Below, one piece after another: positions 20,385 to 29,990 of a DNA stretch of 64,000 nt (position 1 is its first letter; every line of letters begins with the position of its first letter). The translations under genes and the position numbers were made by a program. Under the pieces are notes generated by a model. That model did no database searches and was not told the DNA's origin. It saw only the letters and a list, made by a program, of their open reading frames with translations. The stretch is from Candidatus Nomurabacteria bacterium GW2011_GWE1_32_28 (GTDB lineage: Bacteria; Patescibacteriota; Minisyncoccia; Phycocordibacterales; UBA9973): the NCBI GenBank assembly GCA_000989515.1, contig LBOM01000003.1, positions 111,833-175,832 of the forward strand, read 5' to 3'.

Positions 20385-20480
20385 AAAGTCTTTTTATTAA
20401 TTTTATTTATGTATTAATAATGTTCTTTTAAAAGACATTAAGGGGTTGTATTATTTTCTTTGTTGTTATAGACTAATAGA

Positions 20481-20615
20481 ATGTCACAAACATATCAACC
20501 AAAAAAGAGAAAAAGAGCCAAAACTCATGGTTTTTTAGTTAGATCTAAAACCAAAACAGGTAAAAATGTACTCTTAAGAAGAAGGAGAAAGGGACGTGCC
20601 AAGCTTTCTGTTTAG
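20481..20615 (+). CDS. rpmH: 50S ribosomal protein L34
   Basis: Manual [47 protein letters not shown]. Confidence 0.97.
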   Translation: MSQTYQPKKRKRAKTHGFLVRSKTKTGKNVLLRRRRKGRAKLSV

Positions 20616-20684
20616 TTTTATCTGATGCTGAACTTTTAATTATTGGAAACATAAAAAGATTATTAATAAAGTTTTGTTTTTCAG

Positions 20685-21014
20685 ATGCTTTTAAAAAAAA
20701 ATAGAGTTGATAAAAGAGATATAGACCTTATTTTTAAAAAAGGAAATTTTATTAGTTTACCTAGTTTTACTTTTAAATTTATATTAAATAATAATAATTC
20801 TATCAAACCGCGTGTTTCTTTTATTGTATCTAAAAAAATAGTGAGACTCGCTGTTAGAAGAAACTCTTTAAGAAGAAGAGGTTATTCTGTTTTAAAAAAG
20901 TATATTAATCAATTCCCTCTTGGAATATTGGGTGTTTTTATTTTTAAAAAACCCCAGGAGAATATTTTAATAATCGAAAATGAAATTAAAGATACACTCA
21001 ATAAAATTAATTAA
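20685..21014 (+). CDS. rnpA: RNase P protein component
   Basis: VSKK..RLAVRRNSLRR motif and position after rpmH. Confidence 0.93.
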   Translation: MLLKKNRVDKRDIDLIFKKGNFISLPSFTFKFILNNNNSIKPRVSFIVSKKIVRLAVRRNSLRRRGYSVLKKYINQFPLGILGVFIFKKPQENILIIENEIKDTLNKIN

Positions 21015-21228
21015 TTTTTATCAAAAGTTTTTATCACCTGTAATTACTGGGTTTTTGGATTATTTTGGATTATTAAAGAACAATTCATGTGTTTTTTATC
21101 CAACTTGCTCAGAATATACAAAAGAGGCTATAAAAAAGTATGGTATTTTGAAGGGCTCATGTCTTGGTTTTTTAAGAATTCTTCGTTGTCACCCATGGCA
21201 AAAGAACCACATAGATCAACTGAAATAA
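20980..21228 (+). CDS. yidD: Membrane protein insertion efficiency factor
   Basis: CVFYPTCSEY and RILRCHPW. Confidence 0.93.
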   Translation: MKLKIHSIKLINFYQKFLSPVITGFLDYFGLLKNNSCVFYPTCSEYTKEAIKKYGILKGSCLGFLRILRCHPWQKNHIDQLK

Positions 21229-21231
21229 TTA

Positions 21232-21311
21232 ACAATTTCAAATTATGAATTATAAATTTAGAAATGTATTTGTATTTTAATTCGTAATTGATAATTCGTA
21301 ATTTGTAATTG
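21232..21311. repeat. Inverted pair of heptamer tracts between yidD and yidC
   Basis: Degenerate AATTATG units followed by TGTATTTTAATTCGTAATTGATAATTCGTAATTTGTAATTG. Confidence 0.7.
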
Positions 21312-21334
21312 AATCAATTTTCGTATAGAATAAG

Positions 21335-22066
21335 ATGATGTTAACTAATATTTGGGATACCATATTATATGGACCACTTTTAAATGCCTTGGCCTTTTTG
21401 GTTTCAATTATTCCTGGTGGTGATGTCGGTGTAGCTATTGTCATACTTACTCTTTTTGTTAAAACTATACTCTTTCCACTATCCCAGCGTTCTATTGAAA
21501 GCCAAATGAAGATGAATTTACTTGCCCCAGAACTTAAAAAAATAAAAGATAGTGGTAAAAGTAAAGAAGAACAAGCAAAACAAACTTTTGAATTATATAA
21601 GAATAATAAGACAAATCCTTTTTCTGGATGTCTTCTAGTTTTAATTCAAATTCCTATAATTTTTGCTCTTTATTATGTTTTTTTAAAAGGAATAAATCTT
21701 GAAAGTGGATTACTTTATTCGTTTATTAATCCACCAGAACATATAAATATGCTTTTTTTTGGTATTCTTGATATTGGTCAAAAAAGTATTGTTTTGGCTG
21801 TGCTTGCTGGTGTTTCTCAATATTTCCAGGCACGACTTATGCCTAAACCTGTCATTTCAGATGATAAAAATAGTTCTTTCCAAAATAATTTTGCCAAGAG
21901 TATGAGCACCCAAATGAAATATGTCTTTCCTTTTGTTATTGCATTTATTGCATACAGCATTTCTGGTGCGGTTGCATTATATTGGATTACGAGTAATATA
22001 TTTGCTGTAGGGCAACAGATGTATGCAAACAGAAAAAAGGAAATGGCACTTGAGGTTGTTAAATAA
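21335..22066 (+). CDS. yidC: Membrane protein insertase
   Basis: NPFSGCL..LIQIPI and ALYWITSN. Confidence 0.96.
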   Translation: MMLTNIWDTILYGPLLNALAFLVSIIPGGDVGVAIVILTLFVKTILFPLSQRSIESQMKMNLLAPELKKIKDSGKSKEEQAKQTFELYKNNKTNPFSGCLLVLIQIPIIFALYYVFLKGINLESGLLYSFINPPEHINMLFFGILDIGQKSIVLAVLAGVSQYFQARLMPKPVISDDKNSSFQNNFAKSMSTQMKYVFPFVIAFIAYSISGAVALYWITSNIFAVGQQMYANRKKEMALEVVK

Positions 22067-22070
22067 TATT

Positions 22071-22580
22071 ATGAATAAAAATGAAATTCAAAATTTAATA
22101 AAAGAACTTATAGAAAGGACCACAATATCTGTAAATAAAATTACCACAGATGAAGATAAGCCAGCCACTCTTCGTTCTGATCAAGACAATACTACGTGGT
22201 TTTCTGTGGAAGTAAATCAACCACATTATTTTTGGGATCGTGGAGGAGAAGCACTTTTTGCTATAAATCATTTAGTTCGCAGAATAATTGAAAACAAAAC
22301 TTCTCACAATGAAGAGTTAAACGAAAAACAACGTGGTCTTGGTATTCTGGTTGATGTTAATGGTTTTCAAAAGAAACGCATAGAGAATATTCATGCCACA
22401 GCACACATGATGGCAGAAAGAGCTAGATATTTTAAATCAAACATAGAGATTGATCCAATGCCAGCTTTTGAACGCAGGATAGTTCATGAATTTTTATCTG
22501 ACGCGACTGATTTGAAAACTGAATCACAAGGTGAGGGTTTTTCTCGTAGGGTAGTTATAAAGTACACGGGCTCAATTTAA
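22071..22580 (+). CDS. jag: Jag/KhpB-like KH-R3H RNA-binding protein
   Basis: PMPAFERRIVH and SQGEG motifs; follows yidC; start moved to MNKNE. Confidence 0.88.
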   Translation: MNKNEIQNLIKELIERTTISVNKITTDEDKPATLRSDQDNTTWFSVEVNQPHYFWDRGGEALFAINHLVRRIIENKTSHNEELNEKQRGLGILVDVNGFQKKRIENIHATAHMMAERARYFKSNIEIDPMPAFERRIVHEFLSDATDLKTESQGEGFSRRVVIKYTGSI

Positions 22581-22661
22581 AATTACGAATTACGAATGAT
22601 CAATTGGGAATTCAAATTTAGGCATCTTTTTCAATTCGTAATTCGTAATTTGAAATTCTTA
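22581..22661. repeat. Inverted pair of heptamer tracts between convergent genes
   Basis: AATTACGAATTACGAAT ... ATTCGTAATTCGTAATT. Confidence 0.8.
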
Positions 22662-22682
22662 ATTAATTAAAATAGATCTTAT

Positions 22683-24029
22683 TTATTTTGATTGTAGTTC
22701 CCAGAGATAAGAATCTTTTTTATTTATAAAAAATAGAAAATTTTCATCTTTATCTAATCCTAATTTTATACCATCTATCTCTTCCCCGTCCTCAACTGAA
22801 AGAGGGTCTATTATTTTTGTGGTAACTCCACTTTGAATATTTATTTTCCAGATTTCATCTGAGAAAGAAACTTCACCTTGATACCAAGAATCTGGATAAG
22901 TTAGATTATCTATATATTTAGGTACAGCACAATAAATAGTATCACTTTTGGATCCCCATGTACACTTTTCTGGTAGTGTCTTTAATCCGATCATATTATA
23001 ATCTCCTGTGCTTATATTAAAGACACTTAACGATAGGTTGTTGTCACCATAGAGAACTATTTCTCCGTTTGGGCTTGTTAAGGTAGTTAATCCATTTATT
23101 CCGCCCAATATTTTATCGAAGTCTTTTTTTTCTGTGTCTATTTTATACATATATCCAGGAACGTTGTATGAAGGTTTTGTTGTGACTGTAATTATTTTTT
23201 CATTAGGCCAGAAAGATAACCATTCTGTGAAAGATGAGTCAAATGCTTGAATTTTTGTATCTGATTGTAAAGATTGAATTATTCCAATTATATTATTTTC
23301 TACATTAAATAAATAAAATATTTTTTCTGTATTAGGAGAGATGCTTATATCAGAAACATTCTCTGGTAAAAATGAACCGTTTATTTCGTTCATTCCTATT
23401 GAATCTGCCCCTAAATATTCTTTTGGAAGAGTACCCATAAAAGTTTCTACTGTTTTATTATCTTTTTTAAAATATCTCATCATTATTGATTCTCCATTGT
23501 TTCCAAAAAAAGCATCATATACCTTAGGTATCATAGTAGAAGAGAATTTACGTTCATCTATTCTGTCTGCAAAAGTTTGATAAATATTTCCTGTAAATTT
23601 GTTTACATACCTTAATGCTGGTAAAAATTCTGTTGGTGGAGATATTGGTGTTGTTTCTACTTTTTCGATATTTGTTTTCTCTTCACCTGTATCGGTTGGT
23701 GTTGGGTTTGGATCTACTATGTTTTTAAATCTTTCTTTCGTAAATATTCCATAACCGGCTATTGGGAAGCTAGAAACCTTTTTTAATATTGAATTTTGAA
23801 TGTCTCCTTCTGATGTAGGTATATAACCAGAAACATCGACTGGTTGTGTTGTGTCTCCAGTGTTTGTATTTTTATTATTACCAAATGGTAAAAAATCTGA
23901 AAGGAAATTTATACTTTCTGTTACAACGCCACCTTGATTTGTTGGTTTATAAAAATAAAGAAATACAAAAGCACCGATTGTGATTATTAATAAAACTATT
24001 GTGAATAATATAATGTTTCTTTTTGACAT
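22683..24029 (-). CDS. Membrane-anchored extracellular protein, beta-propeller-like
   Basis: N-terminal TM helix, then beta-rich SPN/WP repeats. Confidence 0.75.
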   Translation of the reverse strand: MSKRNIILFTIVLLIITIGAFVFLYFYKPTNQGGVVTESINFLSDFLPFGNNKNTNTGDTTQPVDVSGYIPTSEGDIQNSILKKVSSFPIAGYGIFTKERFKNIVDPNPTPTDTGEEKTNIEKVETTPISPPTEFLPALRYVNKFTGNIYQTFADRIDERKFSSTMIPKVYDAFFGNNGESIMMRYFKKDNKTVETFMGTLPKEYLGADSIGMNEINGSFLPENVSDISISPNTEKIFYLFNVENNIIGIIQSLQSDTKIQAFDSSFTEWLSFWPNEKIITVTTKPSYNVPGYMYKIDTEKKDFDKILGGINGLTTLTSPNGEIVLYGDNNLSLSVFNISTGDYNMIGLKTLPEKCTWGSKSDTIYCAVPKYIDNLTYPDSWYQGEVSFSDEIWKINIQSGVTTKIIDPLSVEDGEEIDGIKLGLDKDENFLFFINKKDSYLWELQSK

Positions 24030-24040
24030 AAAAATTAATT

Positions 24041-25417
24041 TTATTTAAAAGCCGAAGCACAAGCTGCTTTATCTCCAACCCAATCACCCTTGTTTGGATT
24101 TGCAGTAAGTAATTTTTTTGCTATGTTTAAGTTTGTCGCAGGATCTAATAATCTAGCCTTACAAGTATTATAAAGAGCTTCTTTTCCTGATAATAGACTA
24201 CACGTAAAACCACTAGTATATTTTGGTGCTATTGCGTCTTTTGATGATACTGGTCTATCAAACAAACCAACACAATCTGCTCCTGCAAGACTACCATTTG
24301 CTGCTAAATTAACCTGAAACAAACCAAAAGAAAAAGGTAGACTTTTTCCTGGTGGTTTACAATAGTCAGTACCACTACTAATAGGCCTACCCCCGCTTTC
24401 CATATTACAGATTTTTGACATAGCTGTTGCTGTTGCTGTATCGACTCCAAGAGCAGTGGTTAGATTTGTAACAGAACAAGGGCCTGATGTTAGTGGGGTA
24501 CAATTAATACTTTCACCACTTGCTTGTTTTGGATCATTTATACCTCTGTCATATAGAGGTTGTATTGTTATCTCTGCCTTAGGTAGATTATCCAAACAGG
24601 CGCTGAGCAATTGTGGATTTATTGTGTTTAAAATAAGGTAAGCACCCAATGCTATTAAAAGGCCGAATATCGCATTTTTTACTGTTTCTTTTCCAGCTTC
24701 TTTTCCTGATATTAATTCACTAGACATATACTCTACTCCCCCCATTGTGATCATTACCATGGCGAGTACTGCAGCCATACCAATGATTATTTTGATCATT
24801 ATGTTTAAATAGTTTCCAAACGGGCATGCATTTTTACTTGAATCTGTTTCAAATTCAGTTGGAAGTCCAGGTAAAGAAACCAGTGGAGTATATACTGTGT
24901 TTGTATCTATTCCTTTTCCATTATCTTTTATTGTTTCAGGTGCTGTACATACATTATTAATTATTTTTTCTGATGGGTCACAAACCTTTAGTGAAGTGGA
25001 GGCTGTATAAAAACCCTCGGATCCCTCTGTTGTTAAGGCTGTTGCTTCTATTTTTATGTCTCCAGAAAGTCCATCTGTGTTAAAACTAACATAGCAAGAT
25101 CTAACCCTTGGCGCTGTTGTTAATCCACTTGTGTTGGCTGAAATTGTGCATTTTGCATCTTCAGGTGTGAATCTAAGGTTGGTAAGCACCCCGGAGACAA
25201 TACCAAAAGAAATTGTTTCTCCACCAACAGGTGTAAAGATTTTAGCTGTTATTCTAGAACTCCCACCATTTATTACTGGTTGTTCTGCTTCTATTATAAA
25301 AGGAGTACTTTCATTTGGTTCTCCTGCATAAGTTTTATTAAAAGGAGTAAATAAACTAAATATAAATATTAGTAAATATGTAGAGGCTATTATTTTTTTA
25401 AATGTATTTAATTGCAT
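24041..25417 (-). CDS. Pilin-like TM hairpin fused to a lytic transglycosylase-like domain
   Basis: Signal peptide; GGVEYM...GK....NAIFGLLIAL..YLILNTINP hairpin; ICNMESGG and FGLFQ SLT motifs. Confidence 0.7.
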   Translation of the reverse strand: MQLNTFKKIIASTYLLIFIFSLFTPFNKTYAGEPNESTPFIIEAEQPVINGGSSRITAKIFTPVGGETISFGIVSGVLTNLRFTPEDAKCTISANTSGLTTAPRVRSCYVSFNTDGLSGDIKIEATALTTEGSEGFYTASTSLKVCDPSEKIINNVCTAPETIKDNGKGIDTNTVYTPLVSLPGLPTEFETDSSKNACPFGNYLNIMIKIIIGMAAVLAMVMITMGGVEYMSSELISGKEAGKETVKNAIFGLLIALGAYLILNTINPQLLSACLDNLPKAEITIQPLYDRGINDPKQASGESINCTPLTSGPCSVTNLTTALGVDTATATAMSKICNMESGGRPISSGTDYCKPPGKSLPFSFGLFQVNLAANGSLAGADCVGLFDRPVSSKDAIAPKYTSGFTCSLLSGKEALYNTCKARLLDPATNLNIAKKLLTANPNKGDWVGDKAACASAFK

Positions 25418-25421
25418 TATT

Positions 25422-25484
25422 TATTCGTAATTAATTTTTTTGTATTTTAAATTCGTAATTCGTAATTGATAATTCGTAATTGAT
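25422..25484 (-). repeat. Heptamer junction element
   Basis: TGTATTTTAAATTCGTAATTCGTAATTGATAATTCGTAATTGA, next to the stop codon at 25485. Confidence 0.85.
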
Positions 25485-26474
25485 TTAAAAACTAACCTCT
25501 ATTTGTTTACTCATGCTTTGGAAAAGTGTATTTATATTGTTAATATCAATTTTAATTGTAGCATTTCCAGATTGTCCGGCTTCTGGTTTTATAGATAATA
25601 TATTTTTAGGATTTGGTGTTTCTATTTGTTCTTTATTTAAAAACCAATCAAACTTAAGACTTGAAGAATTTAAGTTTTTAGGAGAAAAAAAGTATGGTTC
25701 TATGGTAAGTATCTCTCCATTTGGGTTTATTCTGAATCCATTACTTAAAGCTGTTTCCCATCTTGTACCAGATTCTGGATCATTTTTATAAAAAATGATT
25801 TTAGGATTTGTTGTTTTTAGGGTTATTTTTCCAGAGGCATTTGTATATCCAGATATATCAGATACTTGTACTTCTATGACATTATCTTTATCTAGGTAGC
25901 TATTTATGAAAGTAAAAGAATTCTTACCCCACCCAGAAGATTTTGTCTGTATCTTGCCATCCTTTTTCCATGTGTAAGACAAATTGTTTATGTTTACTTT
26001 TCCATCTTGGTTTATCAAATTTGGTATTGCTGTTACTTTAAATGTTCCTTGACTTGGCGCTAATGCTTTTCCTTTATAAAATGGCGGGACATAAGAATCA
26101 GAGGCCTCCCATAGCATATCTACGTTTGCTGGGTTTATTGTTGTTGTTTTTAATATATTTTGTCCATCAATCGTATCTATTGATACAGACAAGATAGTAG
26201 AATATCCCATATCTTCCATCTTGAAATAAAAAGATTTTTTTCCAATGCCACTATTTTTTTCTTGACCATTTATTGACCAGACTATGTTTGCTTTATCAAG
26301 ATCGGTAGAGTAGCTGTTTAGTGTGGCAGTCACATCTTCTTTTGATTCTGGGTGTTCTGGTGAAATAGTTAAAACAAGATCTGTGCTACGTATTTGTGCA
26401 TTAGCAAAAAATCCTGCAAAAGCTATCATTAGTATGAGTGTAATTATTAAATTTTTATAATTTTTCTTCTGCAT
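25485..26474 (-). CDS. Secreted protein with Ig/PKD-like repeats
   Basis: Signal peptide; three W-centred beta modules (WSING, WKKDG, WFLN). Confidence 0.7.
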   Translation of the reverse strand: MQKKNYKNLIITLILMIAFAGFFANAQIRSTDLVLTISPEHPESKEDVTATLNSYSTDLDKANIVWSINGQEKNSGIGKKSFYFKMEDMGYSTILSVSIDTIDGQNILKTTTINPANVDMLWEASDSYVPPFYKGKALAPSQGTFKVTAIPNLINQDGKVNINNLSYTWKKDGKIQTKSSGWGKNSFTFINSYLDKDNVIEVQVSDISGYTNASGKITLKTTNPKIIFYKNDPESGTRWETALSNGFRINPNGEILTIEPYFFSPKNLNSSSLKFDWFLNKEQIETPNPKNILSIKPEAGQSGNATIKIDINNINTLFQSMSKQIEVSF

Positions 26475-26481
26475 TTTTACT

Positions 26482-26597
26482 TTGTATCTTAAACTCGTAA
26501 TTAATTTAATTATATCATTCGTAATTAATAATTCGTAATTGACCTCCCCTTTTTCTTTTTTAAATTCGTAATTCGTAATTGTTAATTCGTAATTGAT
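26482..26597 (-). repeat. Multiple heptamer junction elements
   Basis: Three AATTCGT tracts in one intergenic spacer. Confidence 0.8.
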
Positions 26598-26606
26598 TAT
26601 ATATTA

Positions 26607-28445
26607 TTATTTTCCGTCTGCTTCTTCTAGGTCTTGTTTTGCTTTTTTTATGGACAAAATTTGAGAAGGATCAGATGTTATTATTTGGTCTTCTGTGTAG
26701 GAGGATATTATTTTTATAGCAACATGTTTTAATCCTGCAAAAAATATTCCTTCCCCTACCCCAGACTCTAAAAGAAGATATTTTTCTTCGTCGGTAAGAT
26801 TGAATGTCTTTTGAAGAATATCTATGGTTGTTGGAGACTGTTTTAAAAGAATCTGTATGGAAGAGTTTGTTATTATAGGAATACCATAAGGAGATTTCAT
26901 AAAGTCTGCTGCATCTTGTGTAATAGTAGAAAGACCTAAATAATATTTTCTACCTCTTTTTGCCATAGAGTATAAGAAAGAAGCTGTATCTTCTGATTTC
27001 ATCATCCACCATGCTTCATCTACAACCAACAGGCGTTTTTTTAGATTTTTTCGTATTGTTATCCATATATAGTGCATGACTATATACATTGCAACTGGTT
27101 TTAATTCGTCTTCCATGTCTCTCACAGAAAATACTACAAATTTCTTATTTATGTCTACATTTGATGGTCTATTTAAAAAAGTAGACCAAGTGCCTTTTGT
27201 ATATTTTACCAATCTTTGCATAATAGAATCACTTCCCTCCATACCAGCTAGCACCATCTCAAAATCTGAAAGGAGCGGTGGTTCTATATTTGAAAAATTT
27301 GAATCAGGGGTTATGTCTTTCATTGCATAGGTCTCTGAAATAGCACGGTCAACCATTGAGTCTTCTTCTGGTGAGAGTCCTCCAAGCATTAGTCTAAAGA
27401 GCCCTACTAAGTTTATAATGTTTGACCTTAGTACATCTTCATTTGATTCGTCTTCACGTGGTATTGGTAAATCAAAAGGATTAATGTGGTGGTCTGAAGA
27501 AAGAGAAATATTGAAATACCTTCCACCGACAGCTTCAGCCAAATATTCATATTCCCTTTCAGGGTCTATTACTATTACATCTACGTCAAACATTAAAGAT
27601 CTTAATATTTCTAATTTTGTTGCATAACTTTTTCCTGAACCAGATTTTGCAAATGTTACAGAGTTGTAGTTTTCTAATGAAAATCTATCGAAAATAACTA
27701 AACTTGAATTGTGTCTATTTACACCATACAGTATTCCATTATCAGAAGTTAGATCAAAGGAAACAAATGGAAATACACTAGAAAGAGGCTCTGAATTTAA
27801 TTTCTGGTGAATATTTAGTAGATCATTACCGAGAGGCATTACACTTTTAAAACCTTCTTCTTGTTGGAAAATTGCTGGTTTAATATATATTAATTTTGAT
27901 TCTAGTATTGATTTTATTTCATTTTCAATTTTAAAAAGTTCGAGTTCATTGTCAGCATAGACTGTTATATAAATACTAACGTCAAACATTTTTTGTTGTG
28001 CTTGAATCAGGTTATCTCTCAAGCCTTCTAGGTCTTGGTATGCAGTATCAAGCATTGGGTCACGAACCATACCTTTCTTTTCACGTACATTTATTTGACT
28101 TTGTACCTCAGCTACCTTTTTTTGAAATTGTCGTAGTGCTAAAGATGTATCTATTGGGTGAATAAATATTGAAACATCAAAAACTTTATCTAGATTAATT
28201 ATTGGAGAAAACCAATTGTCACTTAAGAATCTAGGATAAGAAATAATAAAAAAAGTACGAGCTATCTTATCACCCAGATTAATAGATTTTGACTCTATTT
28301 TTAATGCCGAAGGGGCGACTATGTCTTGGAGCTCTAATTTTGCTGATTCATAGATTTCTTCTGGTAGTACTGCTAAAACTGAAGCATTTGCTCCTTTGTT
28401 TGTATCTGTATTCTTTTTTCCTAATAAGTTATCTAAAAATGACAT
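26607..28445 (-). CDS. virB4: VirB4-like type IV secretion ATPase
   Basis: AKSGSGKS, IDPEREY, INPFD, VDEAW, RGRKY, TITQ. Confidence 0.9.
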   Translation of the reverse strand: MSFLDNLLGKKNTDTNKGANASVLAVLPEEIYESAKLELQDIVAPSALKIESKSINLGDKIARTFFIISYPRFLSDNWFSPIINLDKVFDVSIFIHPIDTSLALRQFQKKVAEVQSQINVREKKGMVRDPMLDTAYQDLEGLRDNLIQAQQKMFDVSIYITVYADNELELFKIENEIKSILESKLIYIKPAIFQQEEGFKSVMPLGNDLLNIHQKLNSEPLSSVFPFVSFDLTSDNGILYGVNRHNSSLVIFDRFSLENYNSVTFAKSGSGKSYATKLEILRSLMFDVDVIVIDPEREYEYLAEAVGGRYFNISLSSDHHINPFDLPIPREDESNEDVLRSNIINLVGLFRLMLGGLSPEEDSMVDRAISETYAMKDITPDSNFSNIEPPLLSDFEMVLAGMEGSDSIMQRLVKYTKGTWSTFLNRPSNVDINKKFVVFSVRDMEDELKPVAMYIVMHYIWITIRKNLKKRLLVVDEAWWMMKSEDTASFLYSMAKRGRKYYLGLSTITQDAADFMKSPYGIPIITNSSIQILLKQSPTTIDILQKTFNLTDEEKYLLLESGVGEGIFFAGLKHVAIKIISSYTEDQIITSDPSQILSIKKAKQDLEEADGK

Positions 28446-28477
28446 CTTCTTAATTCATAGTTCCTAATTGTTAATTC

Positions 28478-29113
28478 TTAATTGATTTCAATTTTTCCCT
28501 CTAATTCTCCAGGGTTAAAAACTTTGTAGAATACTTCTACTACTTCTTCTGTTCCCAGCTGTGCTGATTTTATACCACAACGTGAAAGACCTTGTTGTAT
28601 TACACTCACTCTTTGTTCTAGTTGTGATCTTTTTTCTTCAAAATCAAGTTGGTTTTTCATTTCTTCTTCCTTTTTATTTCTTTTTGAAAACAAATTTGTA
28701 AACATTCCAGATTTTGGACCGAGGTTTGTGTGAGTATAAGGAATCACAACAAAGAAATTCTTTGTCATTATACTTACAGACTCCGTAAAGTTTTTTATAA
28801 ACTCCATATATTCTTTTGTTTGTAATTTGAGTAATGGTTCACTTTGTACTTTCATCCTATTTTCTAAAAGCAAGAGATATCTTCTGATGTCTAATTTTCT
28901 TGATTGTATGGATATTTGTACAGAAAAATCTAATGTGTTTAAAAAGTTTTGAAATTGAAGTATCGTTGCTCTTTGTTCATCGTCTGATTTTAAAGACAAA
29001 TTTACTGAATTTGCAAGTATAATTGCCCTGATTCCTCCATCTTTTAAAACGACAATACCATCACGGACTTCCTTGATTGGTACAAATTCTTGAGTTGGTT
29101 TTGCATTTATCAT
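28478..29113 (-). CDS. VirB4/TraC N-terminal-like T4SS protein
   Basis: TQEFVPIKEVRDG and FQNFLNTL; lies between PrgI and VirB4; start moved to the ATGA overlap with the prgI stop. Confidence 0.75.
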   Translation of the reverse strand: MINAKPTQEFVPIKEVRDGIVVLKDGGIRAIILANSVNLSLKSDDEQRATILQFQNFLNTLDFSVQISIQSRKLDIRRYLLLLENRMKVQSEPLLKLQTKEYMEFIKNFTESVSIMTKNFFVVIPYTHTNLGPKSGMFTNLFSKRNKKEEEMKNQLDFEEKRSQLEQRVSVIQQGLSRCGIKSAQLGTEEVVEVFYKVFNPGELEGKIEIN

Positions 29114-29520
29114 TTTTTTAAGTCTAGGACATCTAAGCTCCAAGCTAAATCTCTTAATTTGCTTCCACTTAATTGTCTTCTATCATTCGTAATTATCTTC
29201 TCTTTATTCGTAATTCGTAATTGTTCATTCGTAATTTTATTCATATGTCTTTTCCAGATATAAAGTTTGTCTTGCATTGCGAATTTCAATCCAGATTCAA
29301 TCATATCAATGAAAGGTTTACCATTTGGATGATAAAATGTGAGCAAGGCTGATAATCCTGCAATTATTAGTATTGGTATGGCACCGAGCCATATTCCTAA
29401 TGATTTAAATAATATATAACATATTCCAGCACCACCTGCTAAATAGGCAAATTCTTTAAAAGTGAATGGGCCAAAAATTTTGTCTTCTATTTCTAAAAAT
29501 TGTGGAACCTTGAATTGCAT
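29110..29520 (-). CDS. PrgI family (VirB3-like) protein
   Basis: VPQFLEIEDKIFGPFT plus two TM helices; in-frame heptamer tract (ITNEQLRITN) at 29184-29235. Confidence 0.88.
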   Translation of the reverse strand: MQFKVPQFLEIEDKIFGPFTFKEFAYLAGGAGICYILFKSLGIWLGAIPILIIAGLSALLTFYHPNGKPFIDMIESGLKFAMQDKLYIWKRHMNKITNEQLRITNKEKIITNDRRQLSGSKLRDLAWSLDVLDLKK

Positions 29521-29527
29521 ACTGGGT

Positions 29528-29580
29528 AGTTAAAAGTTTATAAAGTTTGTAAAGTCATAAAGTTAACTGATGAAGTTTAA
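29528..29580 (+). repeat. 9-mer tract downstream of the four-helix-bundle gene
   Basis: AAAGTTTAT-AAAGTTTGT-AAAGTCAT-AAAGTT. Confidence 0.7.
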
Positions 29581-29601
29581 AAGATAATTAAGTTAATAAT
29601 A

Positions 29602-29949
29602 TTAATCTAGAGACTTGATAAAACCTGATAATAACTTAGAAATCTCTATGCTTAAATTATACATTATTTTGAAATCTTTTTCATGGATATACTTTAATTC
29701 TAATCCCAAATCTAACATAGATCTAGTTTCTCCAGTAGATCCTTTTGCTATAAAAAGAAAGTTTCTTAATTCTTTATTTGTTCTTCTTTCAAATCCTTCT
29801 GCAATATTGTTCATTATCGAGACAGAGGCTCTTTCTATTTGATTTTTAAAACTGAAATCTTTACATGTTTTGAATACACTATAGACAAGAAGTGTTAATT
29901 CCTTTCCTTTTTTCCAAGCTATGATATCTTCAAATTTTTCTATTTTCAT
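29602..29949 (-). CDS. Four helix bundle protein (23S rRNA IVP / Avd-like)
   Basis: FEDIIAWKK, QIERASVSIMNNIAEGF, FLFIAKGS.GE. Confidence 0.93.
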   Translation of the reverse strand: MKIEKFEDIIAWKKGKELTLLVYSVFKTCKDFSFKNQIERASVSIMNNIAEGFERRTNKELRNFLFIAKGSTGETRSMLDLGLELKYIHEKDFKIMYNLSIEISKLLSGFIKSLD

Positions 29950-29958
29950 TTGCTTTCT

Positions 29959-29990
29959 ACTTTATGAACTTTATGAACTTTATGAACTTT
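29959..29990 (-). repeat. 9-mer tract upstream of the four-helix-bundle gene
   Basis: (ACTTTATGA)x3 plus ACTTT, inverted relative to the downstream tract. Confidence 0.85.

Noticed and set aside
29602-29949. Diversity-generating retroelement
   Set aside because: An Avd-like fold is present, but no reverse transcriptase or TR/VR pair with A-specific mismatches is visible in the window
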